From assembly GCA_028716745.1 (NCBI GenBank), contig JAQUPE010000002.1:29819-93818 (forward strand): a DNA stretch of 64,000 nucleotides. Direction: 5' to 3'. Shown in pieces: positions 35,868 through 45,863 of the stretch. This DNA is from Minisyncoccota bacterium. Its GTDB lineage: Bacteria > Patescibacteriota > Minisyncoccia > UBA6257 > 02-FULL-45-10c. The position numbers and the translations under genes are program-made. The notes under the pieces were generated by a model. It saw only the letters and a list, made by a program, of their open reading frames with translations. It was not told the DNA's origin and ran no database searches. The number at the start of each line of letters is the position of its first letter. Position 1 is the stretch's first letter.

Positions 35868-36206
35868 TTATTTATGGCCGAATTTTTCCAAAGAAGATGT
35901 TTTTTCCTTAAAACTGACTGCTTCTTTTTTAATTTTGTCCTTCACTTTATCTATCACCCCATGGACATCGTCTCCCTCGCATTCCGCTCTCAACAACTTT
36001 CCCCCCACCGTTAAATTTACCTCCGCATAATAAACATCGCCTTTATGATGATGATTGGTAGACCTAGAAAGTTCAAACCTGGCCAAAACCGAACCCTCTT
36101 CTTCCCATTTTTTAAGAATACTGCCCAATGGCAAAATTTTATCTTCTATATATTCCTTTATTGAAGGAGTGGAGTCTAAATTTTCTAATTCTATTTTTAA
36201 TTCCAT
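35868..36206 (-). CDS. hpf: ribosome hibernation promoting factor (RaiA/HPF family, short form)
   Basis: Ribosomal subunit interface protein pattern ...KEYIEDKI..L......A.V.L.....KGDVYYAEVNL.V.GK.L.AE; 112 aa. Confidence 0.85.
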   Translation of the reverse strand: MELKIELENLDSTPSIKEYIEDKILPLGSILKKWEEEGSVLARFELSRSTNHHHKGDVYYAEVNLTVGGKLLRAECEGDDVHGVIDKVKDKIKKEAVSFKEKTSSLEKFGHK

Positions 36207-36366
36207 AAATTTTTAATTTTAATTAATTACTCGGCCGCTCATCTATAACCGCAAAAAAATTACGGGTATAAATGAGCGGTAGAGGTGACCTCCAATTCTA
36301 TTTGTATTTAGTGAGTGCGCTACTACCGCTCAAGATAATTATATGGAAAAACGGGCAAATTAACAA
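36207..36366 (-). promoter_or_regulatory. hpf promoter (TTGTTA-17-TATAAT on the minus strand, + coordinates 36338-36366) and a ~125-nt structured leader with mutually exclusive inverted repeats
   Basis: In the minus-strand RNA, GAGCGGUAG (seg1) can pair with CUACCGCUC (seg2), or seg2 (CCGCUCAU) can pair with AUGAGCGG (seg3) about 25 nt upstream of the ATG. There is no Shine-Dalgarno sequence before the ATG. Confidence 0.35.
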
Positions 36367-36522
36367 ATAAGCCCCTTAAATACTTAAAGACCCCTTGCGG
36401 GGTCTTTAAGCTACAAATAGAGAAGGGCAATCCTTAATTGATATAATCACCTAAGGAGTGCTCACACTCACTGACAGTAGTGTATCACACTATCGTAAAA
36501 AAAGCAAGGGGGTCGCCTATAT

Positions 36523-37122
36523 TTATCGTTTAAAAACAATAAATTTAGCTCCAACAAAGTTCCAAAACATTCCAACAAAGCTGGCGGTTATGCCCCCTAT
36601 ATTGGCCCAAATCTTTAAGGAAATCCCCTCGGGCGCCCCTATAAAATTGACCAAAAACGAGGCTGTAGCGACGTTTATTCCAAATCCTATGGAATAGACT
36701 ATCAAGTACTTAATCATGTCGCCCTTCCCCTTACTTTGATTTGCTCCAAAAGTCCATAATTTATTCATCCAGAAACTGCTGTTAACAGCAGTCAAAAACG
36801 AGACTGCTTTAAAAACCGAATACCATCCGCCGGAAACAACTCCTGTTAAGAAAATCAGAAGGTTTAAAACTCCCAAATCAAGCAAGGCATTAAATCCGCC
36901 GACAATAGCAAACTTAGCAAATTGAAGAACTACAGGAATCCATCGCGATATAAAAGAAGCAAAAACATATCCTATTGATGTTAGCGCTCCCATTCCCGCA
37001 ATAGCCAAAACAATGTTTCTGGCAATTAAAGATATGCCAACATTGCTAAGAACCGGCAAAAGCAAAGCTCCCGCTAAAAGTCCTATAATCCCGCTAACCT
37101 TAATGTCTTTTCCGTTAATCAT
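36523..37122 (-). CDS. GtrA-family membrane protein
   Basis: FAKFAIVGGFNALLDLGVLNLL and C-terminal WNFVGAKFIVFK, typical of GtrA; 4-5 TM segments. Confidence 0.65.
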   Translation of the reverse strand: MINGKDIKVSGIIGLLAGALLLPVLSNVGISLIARNIVLAIAGMGALTSIGYVFASFISRWIPVVLQFAKFAIVGGFNALLDLGVLNLLIFLTGVVSGGWYSVFKAVSFLTAVNSSFWMNKLWTFGANQSKGKGDMIKYLIVYSIGFGINVATASFLVNFIGAPEGISLKIWANIGGITASFVGMFWNFVGAKFIVFKR

Positions 37123-37127
37123 TAATT

Positions 37128-37886
37128 TTATTTTATTTCGTAAACCACAGAAACATTAACTGTTATTTCTTGGCTTCCCGCTTCTATTCTAGGCGCGGCA
37201 TCCATCGCTGCTTCGCCCATTCCTAAAGCAGTTTTATAAACCGGATAAGGATAATATCCGTTTTGCGATTCAGAAAAAGTTACTACTTTTTTAATTTTTA
37301 CTCCGTTCTGCTTTGCCATCTCTTTCGCTTTAGCCATAGCTTTTTCAAAAGCCTGCTTTCTTGCTTGGTTCAAATATTCATCCTGCTCATCAACGTCGAA
37401 GCTTAATGTTCCAATATCGTTAATTCCCAATTCGGGAAGTCTTCCCAAAATTTTTCCTATTTTGGAAAAATCCCTAATCTTTATCTGAACTGTCTGAGTA
37501 ATCGTATATCCGCTGATATAAGATGTTCTCCTGTCTTTATCATATTCATAATTTGGAGATAAATTATATCCTGTTGTTTTTATGTCCTTAACATCAATTC
37601 CTTCGCCTTTTACATAATCAATAGCCGCATTCATTTTCTTAATATTTTCGTCCGATATTTTTTCCGGGCTGGATCCTCTTGTTAAAACCGAGAAAGAAAC
37701 CTGAGCTATATCCGGAATTGCCACCGCCTTGCCTTCTCCGCTTACGGTTATAGTCCTGGCTGGCGCCAAAGAATTGCCGTATTGAATTAACGGCTTTATC
37801 GCATAAGCTGTCCAAATCGCGCAAACCGCCAAAAAAACACTGATCCAGAACCAAAATGACTTTTTAAAACATTCTATATTGCACAT
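37128..37886 (-). CDS. SIMPL-domain (DUF541) protein, membrane-anchored
   Basis: N-terminal TM followed by the pattern ...ITVSGEG...PDIAQVSFSV...GY.ITQTV.IKIRD...IEAGSQEITV.V.VVYEI. Confidence 0.7.
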   Translation of the reverse strand: MCNIECFKKSFWFWISVFLAVCAIWTAYAIKPLIQYGNSLAPARTITVSGEGKAVAIPDIAQVSFSVLTRGSSPEKISDENIKKMNAAIDYVKGEGIDVKDIKTTGYNLSPNYEYDKDRRTSYISGYTITQTVQIKIRDFSKIGKILGRLPELGINDIGTLSFDVDEQDEYLNQARKQAFEKAMAKAKEMAKQNGVKIKKVVTFSESQNGYYPYPVYKTALGMGEAAMDAAPRIEAGSQEITVNVSVVYEIK

Positions 37887-37933
37887 AATTTTTATTTTTT
37901 ATTTTTAATTAATAAAGTTCGACTTGACCGCCA

Positions 37934-38662
37934 TTAATTGATTAAGGCAGCCATTTTTTCTACCTCTTCCTTTTTTAAACTAGCTCCTCCGACTAAGGCG
38001 CCATTTATTGATTCATATTTCAAAAAATCTCCCAGATTTTGAGATGTAACCGATCCTCCATACAGAGCCATTACATTCAATCCATAATTTATAGATATAA
38101 AATCTTTAATAAATTTTGAAGTTTCTGCCGCGCCTTCCGGAGTCTGAGGATTTCCCGTGCCTATGGCCCAAACCGGCTCATACGCGATAATCAGGTTGTT
38201 TTCATTTAATTTTCCGTCTGTTTTTGCCAAAAATAATCCTCCCTCAATCTGTCTGCGCAAAACTTCTTCGGTTTTCATACTCTCTTTTTCTTGAGCCGTT
38301 TCCCCTATGCACAAAACCGCAACCAATCCCTCTTTAATAGCTGTTAAAACTTTTTTAGCTGTCATTTCGTCCGTCTCTCCCATTTTATGGCGCCGTTCCG
38401 AATGGCCGATTATGGCGTAAGAAACTCCCGCACCTTTAATCTGTCCGGCAGAAATCTCGCCCGTAAAAGCCCCCTTCTCTTCCCAATATAAATCTTGCGC
38501 GCCCAATTTGGCATTTTTTAAAATCTTTCCAATTTCTCCTAAAAATAAAAACGGCGGCGCTACAACCACATTTTTATAATCGCTAGATCCAGCCAAATCA
38601 ACCGCCTCATTAACAGATACGGGATTCATTTTCCAATTTAATATCAAAAGTTTTTTATCCAT
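37934..38662 (-). CDS. tpiA: triosephosphate isomerase
   Basis: LNWKMN, GHSERR, IAYEPVWAIGTG. Confidence 0.9.
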   Translation of the reverse strand: MDKKLLILNWKMNPVSVNEAVDLAGSSDYKNVVVAPPFLFLGEIGKILKNAKLGAQDLYWEEKGAFTGEISAGQIKGAGVSYAIIGHSERRHKMGETDEMTAKKVLTAIKEGLVAVLCIGETAQEKESMKTEEVLRRQIEGGLFLAKTDGKLNENNLIIAYEPVWAIGTGNPQTPEGAAETSKFIKDFISINYGLNVMALYGGSVTSQNLGDFLKYESINGALVGGASLKKEEVEKMAALIN

Positions 38663-39266
38663 TTTTCTTCAAATGCCTGTATAAATACCAGATAAACGCG
38701 GAAACAATTATTAATACAATAATTATATCAAATTTTTGGAAATAATTATGCAGAATATTCCAATTCTGTCCCATCTTAATTCCGACTTCCGCCAAAACAA
38801 AATTCCATGGCAAGGCGCCTAAAACCGTATAAAAAACAAACTTCCAAATGTTCATTTTAGCTATGCCGGCCGGCAAAGAGATAAAAGTCCTTACCACCGG
38901 AAGCAATCTGCCAAAAAATATTATTTTGGAACCATATCTCTCAAACCACCTATCGCCCGTATCCAAATCGCTCTTTCTGATTAGAATGTATTTTCCATAT
39001 TTTTCTAAAATCCACCTTCCTCCCCGCCTGCCAATTTCAAACAATATCAATGATCCGAAAAGATTAGCTGCAGTAGCAACTAAAACAACGCCCAAAAGAG
39101 AAAATCTTCCTTCCATTGTCAGAAATCCGGAAAAAGGCACCACTATCTCCGAAGGAATAGGAATTCCCGCGCTTTCCAAAGCGGAAAGAATAAAAACGCC
39201 TAAATAGCCTGTATTATTAATTACGCCAAGAGGCCAAGAGGCCAAAACAGATAATAAATTAAACAT
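38655..39266 (-). CDS. DedA-family membrane protein
   Basis: LESAGIPIPSE...FFGRLLPVVRTFISLPAGIAKM, the DedA/SNARE-associated signature. Confidence 0.8.
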   Translation of the reverse strand: MFNLLSVLASWPLGVINNTGYLGVFILSALESAGIPIPSEIVVPFSGFLTMEGRFSLLGVVLVATAANLFGSLILFEIGRRGGRWILEKYGKYILIRKSDLDTGDRWFERYGSKIIFFGRLLPVVRTFISLPAGIAKMNIWKFVFYTVLGALPWNFVLAEVGIKMGQNWNILHNYFQKFDIIIVLIIVSAFIWYLYRHLKKNG

Positions 39267-39267
39267 T

Positions 39268-40260
39268 TTAATTCTTCTTTAAAATTTTCGCAGCCTCGTC
39301 CGGATCCACCGTATTAATTTCAATCCCCGTGCTCAGCTCAAAACCGGCATCAATATTTGTCTTTGGAATAACTTCTATATGCCAATGATAATGATGGTAT
39401 TTCTTTTTATTTTTAATCGGCGCCGTATGAATAAAAAAGTTAAGGTCAGGATCTTTCATATTTTTAGCGATTTTTTTAAGAGAAAAATATAATGCCTTAA
39501 TAACATCTTTTAAAACCGCTTCCGACGTTTCTTCAAAATAAGGAATATGTTTTTTAGGAAATATTCTCAGCTCAAAAGGCTCTTTTGAAACAAAAGGCGC
39601 AAAAGCAACAGCATTCTTATTCTGAAAAACAATTCTATTTTTTTCCTTAATTTCCTCTTTTATCATCACGCAATGGACGCATTTTTTATTTTTTTCAAAA
39701 AATCTTACCGAGCCGTCAAGCGAGTGTTCTACATCAGGCGGAACCACAGGAATGGCAATCATCTGATAATGAGGATGATAAATAGAGGCTCCGGCCTTAG
39801 GACCCCAATTATGAAAAATAGAAACATATGAAACACAAGGATCATTTAAATGCATCTCATAACGATCTTTAAACGCCCTAAATACCAATTCGGCCTCTGC
39901 CAATGGAAGCTGGTCAAATCTTTTGTTATGATCGCGGGTTAATACCAAATCATGATGCCCAACAGCTTCAGCCACAGAATAAGGCCCTTTTTTAAAAATA
40001 TAGGCACAGCCTTTCACATCCTTGAACGCCGGATATTTATTTTCCAAAACTTGCACTCTCCATTTTCCTATCTCTGGATAAATCAAAATCGGCAGCTTAT
40101 TGCCGCTTCTCTGAGGATCCTCAAAAGGACAGCTTGATCTAGGCACGATAATTCTCTTTTCTTTCTTAGCAAATTGATGTTTTCTTTTACTTCGGCTTTC
40201 GGAAATAACTATCCAATCGCCGGATACTAAATCCCTGCGTAATTCCGATTTTTTATCCAT
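39268..40260 (-). CDS. galT: galactose-1-phosphate uridylyltransferase family (GalT/HIT-like) protein
   Basis: CPF...HPHYQ (HxHxQ nucleotidyl-His motif) and second half-domain HHYHWHIE. Confidence 0.7.
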   Translation of the reverse strand: MDKKSELRRDLVSGDWIVISESRSKRKHQFAKKEKRIIVPRSSCPFEDPQRSGNKLPILIYPEIGKWRVQVLENKYPAFKDVKGCAYIFKKGPYSVAEAVGHHDLVLTRDHNKRFDQLPLAEAELVFRAFKDRYEMHLNDPCVSYVSIFHNWGPKAGASIYHPHYQMIAIPVVPPDVEHSLDGSVRFFEKNKKCVHCVMIKEEIKEKNRIVFQNKNAVAFAPFVSKEPFELRIFPKKHIPYFEETSEAVLKDVIKALYFSLKKIAKNMKDPDLNFFIHTAPIKNKKKYHHYHWHIEVIPKTNIDAGFELSTGIEINTVDPDEAAKILKKN

Positions 40261-40266
40261 GGTCTT

Positions 40267-42105
40267 CTAAAAATTCGTTAATCTATTGTAATAATACCAT
40301 CCCAAAACATCTTTAGCGACCGGCAAAGCATTTAAATTGCCTTCTTTAGCGTCTTCTATCAGGACCAAAATGGCAATTTTAGGATTATCTTCAGGCATAT
40401 AGCCCACAAAAAAGGCGTTGAATTTCGTGTTTCCTGTTGTTTGAGCGCTTCCGGTTTTTCCGGCAGCAGGAGCCGGCAATCCGCCCAACGAATTAGCGGT
40501 TCCATAATATTTGGCCACCACATCGCGCATTCCTATTTTTACTTCTTTTATATAAGGCTCTAAATCAGAAAAATTTATCAAGACTTCCGGTTCTTCATCT
40601 TTTAAAAGATGAGGCTTATAAAATTTACCGCCATTGGCAATTGAAGAAATCTGGCTGATTAATTGAATTGGCGTAACCAATAAATCTCCCTGTCCGATGC
40701 TCACGTTATATGTATCTCCAATTCTCCAAATATCATTTTTCTTTTTTTCTTTTTCTTCCGGATCGGGCAATGACCCAATCTCCTCGCCTGGCAAATCTAT
40801 TCCGGTTTTTGCTCCAAATCCGAATTTTTTCCAATATTCTTTAAGCTTATTTATTCCTAAGCCTTTTACATCTTCCCATCCTCCCCCTAAAGCATAAAAA
40901 TAAATATTGCATGATCGGGCTATAGCAGAATAAAGATTAACCCATCCATTCGACCTCCAATCCAAAAATACGCTTGGCTTGTCCGGATTATAAGGATTGG
41001 GAATTTCTATGGAGCCGCTTGAAAAAATCTCTTTCTTTGTATCAATAATTCCCTCTTTTAAAGCCGCCAAGCTGACCATCGGCTTAACAGTTGATCCCGG
41101 CATATAAAGCCCGGAAACCGCCCTATTAAATAAAGCGCTATGTTTAGAGCTTAAAAGCTTATTCCTTTCGGAGTTAGCTCCTCCCTGAGAAAAAATATTA
41201 TTGTCAAAGCTCGGAAAACTGATTAAAGACAAAACTTCTCCTGTTTGCGGATTAATGGCAATTCCTACCCCGGAAGTCCTCCCCAGTGCAGCAAGATTTC
41301 TTTCCATGCTTCCGTAAAAATATTTCTGCAAATCATAATCGATAGTGGTATTTAAATTATTTCCCTGCTCAGCCAGCTTGATTGTCTTTTTATCCATGGT
41401 CTCCCCTTTTGCATTTTTAAAAACAAGAGTTTCTCCATCGGCTCCTTTTAAAATATCGTCATAATAAAGTTCCAATCCTGACTTTCCTACAAAATTATTG
41501 CTATTGCCGAATCCCGTATAGCCAATGATTGAGGAAAACATGTTGCCGTCATAATAATTTCTTTTATAATCGCTGATTGCTTCCACGCCCGGCAAGCTTA
41601 ATGACTTCAATTTTATTGTTTTTTCCAAATCAACACCCTTAGCCACCACAAAAACGGACTCCTTTTCCTTGTTAAGGCCTTTTAATCTTCCTCTTATTTC
41701 TTCTTCAGGAATTTCCAGAGTCTGGCTTAATTCTTTCAAAATTAAATCTGTAGATCCTGCCTTAAATAATTCTTTTAGATCAACTGTTACGCTGAAAGAA
41801 GAAATGCTGTCTGCCAGAATTTTTCCATAGCGATCATAAATAATTCCGCGAGGAGCCGGTTCGTATATTCCCTTTCCGACATTAGAATCAGCCCTTGCCC
41901 TATAGGCATCGCCCATCCAAAAACCTAAAAATAATATTCTTAAAATAGCGACTACTCCGAAAAAAATTACAAAAAGAAAAACCAGAGTAAATGTCTGGCG
42001 CGATAATGGAAGCTCTAAAGAGCCCAATTTATTGTTTTTGGAAAAACTGTCAAAAGTTGTCTCCTCTAGATGAAAATCTTCGTTGTAAAAATTTCGTTTT
42101 TTCAT
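40267..42105 (-). CDS. mrdA: penicillin-binding protein 2 (elongasome transpeptidase), last gene of the mreBCD-pbp2 cluster
   Basis: N-terminal TM, STVK (SxxK), SCN (SxN), KTG. Confidence 0.8.
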   Translation of the reverse strand: MKKRNFYNEDFHLEETTFDSFSKNNKLGSLELPLSRQTFTLVFLFVIFFGVVAILRILFLGFWMGDAYRARADSNVGKGIYEPAPRGIIYDRYGKILADSISSFSVTVDLKELFKAGSTDLILKELSQTLEIPEEEIRGRLKGLNKEKESVFVVAKGVDLEKTIKLKSLSLPGVEAISDYKRNYYDGNMFSSIIGYTGFGNSNNFVGKSGLELYYDDILKGADGETLVFKNAKGETMDKKTIKLAEQGNNLNTTIDYDLQKYFYGSMERNLAALGRTSGVGIAINPQTGEVLSLISFPSFDNNIFSQGGANSERNKLLSSKHSALFNRAVSGLYMPGSTVKPMVSLAALKEGIIDTKKEIFSSGSIEIPNPYNPDKPSVFLDWRSNGWVNLYSAIARSCNIYFYALGGGWEDVKGLGINKLKEYWKKFGFGAKTGIDLPGEEIGSLPDPEEKEKKKNDIWRIGDTYNVSIGQGDLLVTPIQLISQISSIANGGKFYKPHLLKDEEPEVLINFSDLEPYIKEVKIGMRDVVAKYYGTANSLGGLPAPAAGKTGSAQTTGNTKFNAFFVGYMPEDNPKIAILVLIEDAKEGNLNALPVAKDVLGWYYYNRLTNF

Positions 42106-42544
42106 ATATGAAATCAGCTATTAAATAGACTGCCGATCCGATGAAAATATTATAAATGGTTTCCAGGATGAATAAAAATGGGGTTTTAACGATAAAGCTT
42201 GCGTCTGCAACCAGGTAAAAAATCAGCGTAAAAACTCCGATAAGCAAGACTATATTAAGCAAAGAACGCCTAATCATTATCTTTTTTGAATAAAAAGCCA
42301 ATATCGGCAAAAAAAGCATTAATAGGCTTTCTTTATTAATAGCAGGATTAAATTTTAAAATAATAACTCCTAAAAAAGACAAAATTAAATAATTCCAAAA
42401 ATTATCAACAAAAACCACCAGCGCCAAAAGAACAGCTAAAACAAAATTAGGTTTTATTCCATAAAATTCCACCAGATAAGTATTTTGTAAAATAGCCGCT
42501 ATTAATACCAATGCTACGGCTAAAACTTTGGCTGCTTTTAACAT
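42050..42544 (-). CDS. mreD: rod-shape protein MreD (by position and hydrophobicity)
   Basis: Polytopic 164-aa protein between mreC and pbp2. Overlaps the pbp2 start. Confidence 0.5.
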   Translation of the reverse strand: MLKAAKVLAVALVLIAAILQNTYLVEFYGIKPNFVLAVLLALVVFVDNFWNYLILSFLGVIILKFNPAINKESLLMLFLPILAFYSKKIMIRRSLLNIVLLIGVFTLIFYLVADASFIVKTPFLFILETIYNIFIGSAVYLIADFIYEKTKFLQRRFSSRGDNF

Positions 42545-42547
42545 ATT

Positions 42548-43237
42548 TTACTTTGCCGGAGCCTTATAATTAGTTATCACAAAAACTTCCCTTATTTCAT
42601 TTAGATTATAATTAACTCCTACAGATGCCTTGTTAAACACCCCCTCTTTATTGCTGTTTAAAATCTCTTTTATTTCTCCTATTTTCATCCCATAAGGAAA
42701 ATCCGCAGAGGCGGAATAAACCGCGTCCGAAACCTTAATCTCTTTGCCCTTTTTAACCATGCTTGCCACGGGCTCGTTGCCCCCCTCAAACAAAGCATCT
42801 ACTCCGTAATCGCCTATTCTAACAGCTGTTTTAAAATTTGAATCAAAAATAGATTTAACAATGCTTATGTTCGGATAAACCTCCATGATTTGCCCCATCA
42901 AAATTCCCGGCGCCGCAGCTACGCCCATGTATCTTTCTGCTCCGTCATTAGATCCAAAATTTATCGTAAAAAGATTGCGATGAGAAAAAGGATATGTCAG
43001 ATGGGCATAAGCTGTCTTATAAATTATTCCATTTTCTTTAACCGTCTTGCTCTGCAGCGATTCCAGCTCTAAAATCTTTGCCCTCAAACTTTCGTTCTCT
43101 AATAATAATTGTTCTTTATTGCTTCCATCTTTTATAAAAATTCCAAAAAGCTTGTCTTTTGTGTCAATAAAATAATTTCCATAAAAAATATAAGCCGCAA
43201 ATACAGAAGCTAAAATTAAACAAATAATGTATTTCAT
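42548..43237 (-). CDS. mreC: rod-shape protein MreC
   Basis: N-terminal TM, coiled coil (LLLENESLRAKILELESLQ), beta-rich C-terminal domain. Confidence 0.75.
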   Translation of the reverse strand: MKYIICLILASVFAAYIFYGNYFIDTKDKLFGIFIKDGSNKEQLLLENESLRAKILELESLQSKTVKENGIIYKTAYAHLTYPFSHRNLFTINFGSNDGAERYMGVAAAPGILMGQIMEVYPNISIVKSIFDSNFKTAVRIGDYGVDALFEGGNEPVASMVKKGKEIKVSDAVYSASADFPYGMKIGEIKEILNSNKEGVFNKASVGVNYNLNEIREVFVITNYKAPAK

Positions 43238-43243
43238 TATTTT

Positions 43244-44287
43244 TTATTCTCTTATATCTTTCGGCTTTGGAGATACATTGAACAAATGAGAATATTTATC
43301 GAAATTCTCGGAAATCACTCCGAGTCCCCTGGCAACGCAGGATAACGGATCGTCCACTACCACGGTAGCAACGGCCAATTCTTTCTCCATCAATTTATCC
43401 AAGCCCTTCAGCAAACTTCCGCCTCCGCATAAAAATATACCTCTTCTCAAAATATCGCCCACCAATTCCGGCGGAGCCGATTCAATAACCTCCTTTATCG
43501 CCTCAACAACAAGCTTCAAAGACTTGGCCGTAGCCGCCCTTACGTGGCTGTCCTTTATTACAATCTCCTTCGGCAAACCGGTTGCCATATCGCGTCCGCG
43601 AATAGGCAAATCAAGCTTCTGATCAACCAAAAGGGCAGAACCGGCAACAATTTTTAATTCCTCGGCAGTCGGTTCTCCGATAGTCAAACGAAATTCGTCT
43701 CTGATAAATTTTATTATATCGTCGTTTAATTTATCGCCCGCAATTTTAATGCTTTTAGAAGTAACTATTCCTCCCATTGAGATAATGGCTATTTCCGTAG
43801 TTCCTCCCCCCATATCGATAATCATGTTTGAGGTCGGTTCATTTACCGGCAATCTGGCGCCAATAGCCGCAGCCATCGGCTCCTCTACTATGTAAGCGCC
43901 TGTCGCTCCTGCGCCAATAATCGCGTCTTCAACGGACTTTCTCTCCACCTCCGTCAAATTACTGGGCACTCCGACAACTGCCCTCTTAAAACTTAAAAGT
44001 TTGTTTCCGCTGATTTTTTTAAGAAAATAACGGAGTATTTCCTGAGTCATTTCAAAATCGGAAATTACGCCGTTGGTAAGCGGTCTTATAACCGAAATAT
44101 GAGCGGGAGTTCTGCCAATCATTTTTCTTGCCTCCTCGCCAATCGCTAAAACTTGTCCGCTTTTATTATTTATCGCCACGACGGACGGTTCATTTATAAC
44201 TATCCCTCTGTCAGCAACATAAACCAGCGAATTCGCTGTTCCTAAATCTACGCCTATATTTTTTGAAAAATAATTCCACAACGCCAT
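43244..44287 (-). CDS. mreB: actin-like rod-shape protein MreB
   Basis: IGVDLGTANSLVYV...DMGGGTTE...; 347 aa. Confidence 0.9.
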   Translation of the reverse strand: MALWNYFSKNIGVDLGTANSLVYVADRGIVINEPSVVAINNKSGQVLAIGEEARKMIGRTPAHISVIRPLTNGVISDFEMTQEILRYFLKKISGNKLLSFKRAVVGVPSNLTEVERKSVEDAIIGAGATGAYIVEEPMAAAIGARLPVNEPTSNMIIDMGGGTTEIAIISMGGIVTSKSIKIAGDKLNDDIIKFIRDEFRLTIGEPTAEELKIVAGSALLVDQKLDLPIRGRDMATGLPKEIVIKDSHVRAATAKSLKLVVEAIKEVIESAPPELVGDILRRGIFLCGGGSLLKGLDKLMEKELAVATVVVDDPLSCVARGLGVISENFDKYSHLFNVSPKPKDIRE

Positions 44288-44410
44288 TTTTTTGTTTAAA
44301 TTTTGCTAATTTCGTTGTCGTAATATAGTACTTCTTTTCCAGCTGCTTGTAAATCCTAATGTATTATTTTACTAGATTTCTACTCCTATCTGCAACTATT
44401 TCTATAGTGA

Positions 44411-44439
44411 TTGACAAAGATGCCTAAATGTGATATATT
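44411..44439 (+). promoter_or_regulatory. consensus sigma70 promoter (TTGACA-17-TATATT) for the small membrane-protein gene
   Basis: ttgaca at 44411-16, 17-nt spacer, tatatt at 44434-39. About 60 nt downstream is AGGAGGA and then the ATG. Confidence 0.5.
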
Positions 44440-44501
44440 ATTAATATCGAAAACAGTCCTCGGGAAAAACCCGACCTGAAAATTCAATAGAGGAGGACAA
44501 A

Positions 44502-44762
44502 ATGAATTACAAGCTAATGATGTTAGTAATAATGTCGAGCTTCTTCTTTGCACTGCTGCTCATGTTTCCAATGGCAGGAGCTATCTGGCTCGGCATCGGC
44601 CTGGGCATCGGCGCAGCCATAACAACATCGCCGCTGTATTTGATATTAATACTCGCGGCATATGCCCTGCTGTCCGTTGCTATCTTCGACGGATTGATTT
44701 ATCTGATCATCAGAAAATCTCTGCCGAAGAGCTACAAAGAGAGTTTCACGAGGAACGGCTAG
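44502..44762 (+). CDS. hypothetical 86-aa two-TM membrane protein, locally GC-elevated
   Basis: Strong RBS AGGAGGA; hydrophobic MLVIMSSFFFALLLMF and LYLILILAAYALLSVAIF; terminator hairpin plus T-run follows. Confidence 0.5.
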   Translation: MNYKLMMLVIMSSFFFALLLMFPMAGAIWLGIGLGIGAAITTSPLYLILILAAYALLSVAIFDGLIYLIIRKSLPKSYKESFTRNG

Positions 44763-44789
44763 AATCAACGGTTGGCAACCAGCTCGCCC

Positions 44790-44826
44790 CCCACTTTGAA
44801 AGGTGGGTTTTTTATTTTTTAAAACA
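44790..44826 (+). terminator. intrinsic terminator after the small membrane-protein gene
   Basis: cccac...gtggg hairpin followed by ttttttatttttt. Confidence 0.55.
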
Positions 44827-45856
44827 GCCCGAAAACATCCTTTACCGTCACTATAGCCATAAAAAGCACTATTACTAAAAGGCCCACATTATTAATAATC
44901 ATCTCAAACTGCGGTTTAAAATATTTTCCTAAAACTTTTCTCAAAAAAGAAAACAAAAGCCAGGAGCCGTCCAGTCCAGGAATCGGAAAGATATTTATTA
45001 CGGACAAATTAAACGAAACCATGGCAAAAATATAAATAAATTGATTCAGCCCCATTTTCATCGCTTCTGTTCCGAAACTAACAATCCCCACCGGCCCCAT
45101 AAAGCTCTCAACTAAGCCCCTTTTACCGCCAAAAATATCAGAAAATAACCCTATTATCCCTAAAAATGTTCCCTTAACTATTTCCCAAGATTTTAATAAA
45201 CCTTCTTTAAAACCGCCCAAAAATCCTTTTTGTGAAAATCCGGACTCGATTAAAACAATTCCCAAATTTCCTTCTTCTTTCGGAAACTCTACGCGAGGAA
45301 CAACTTTTATCGGAATAGTCTCTCCTTTTCTTTTAATATCAAGCGTAATTTCCTTGCCTTTATTATCCGCTATAAAAGCGACCAGCTCGTCTACTGTTTT
45401 AAAATTTGCCACCTCATCGTTGGGTTTAATTCCAGCCGTTGCGGCTATTCCTCCCGCTTTAACATCAGCAATAAAAACCGACTGCGGAACTCCTTTAATA
45501 AAAAGCAAAGATATTAAAACCCAGCCAATTAAAAAATTACTTAAAATCCCGCTGGTTATGAAAAATATCTTTTTTAAAATTCCCTTATGATAAAAACTGC
45601 GCTCAACCGGAATATCGGAGTTTTCGCCGTCCGAACCCCCCATGCCCACTATTTTTACAAACCCTCCGAAAAGGATCCAATTTATACTATAAGTAGTTTC
45701 CCCTATTTTTTTCCCGAAAATTCTCGGGGGGAAACCGAACCCAAGCTCCTCCACGCAAATCCCGCAAATTTTTGCGGACAAAAAATGACCGACTTCATGA
45801 AGAAATACCAACAAAGAAAAACTGGCTATTGCCGCTAATACATAAATTATTATCAT
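44819..45856 (-). CDS. rseP: site-2 protease RseP (M50 zinc metalloprotease with PDZ)
   Basis: HEVGHF (HExxH), internal PDZ-like segment, membrane-embedded LDGS-type motif. Confidence 0.85.
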   Translation of the reverse strand: MIIIYVLAAIASFSLLVFLHEVGHFLSAKICGICVEELGFGFPPRIFGKKIGETTYSINWILFGGFVKIVGMGGSDGENSDIPVERSFYHKGILKKIFFITSGILSNFLIGWVLISLLFIKGVPQSVFIADVKAGGIAATAGIKPNDEVANFKTVDELVAFIADNKGKEITLDIKRKGETIPIKVVPRVEFPKEEGNLGIVLIESGFSQKGFLGGFKEGLLKSWEIVKGTFLGIIGLFSDIFGGKRGLVESFMGPVGIVSFGTEAMKMGLNQFIYIFAMVSFNLSVINIFPIPGLDGSWLLFSFLRKVLGKYFKPQFEMIINNVGLLVIVLFMAIVTVKDVFGLF

Positions 45857-45863
45857 TTAAAAT

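Noticed and set aside
36230-36520. Possible SRP RNA, tmRNA or 6S RNA in the hpf-gtrA intergenic region
   Set aside because: No SRP domain IV motif (GGAAGGAAGCAGC-like), no tmRNA tag reading frame or T-arm/CCA end, and no recognisable 6S features. It is better explained as the hpf promoter plus a structured leader.
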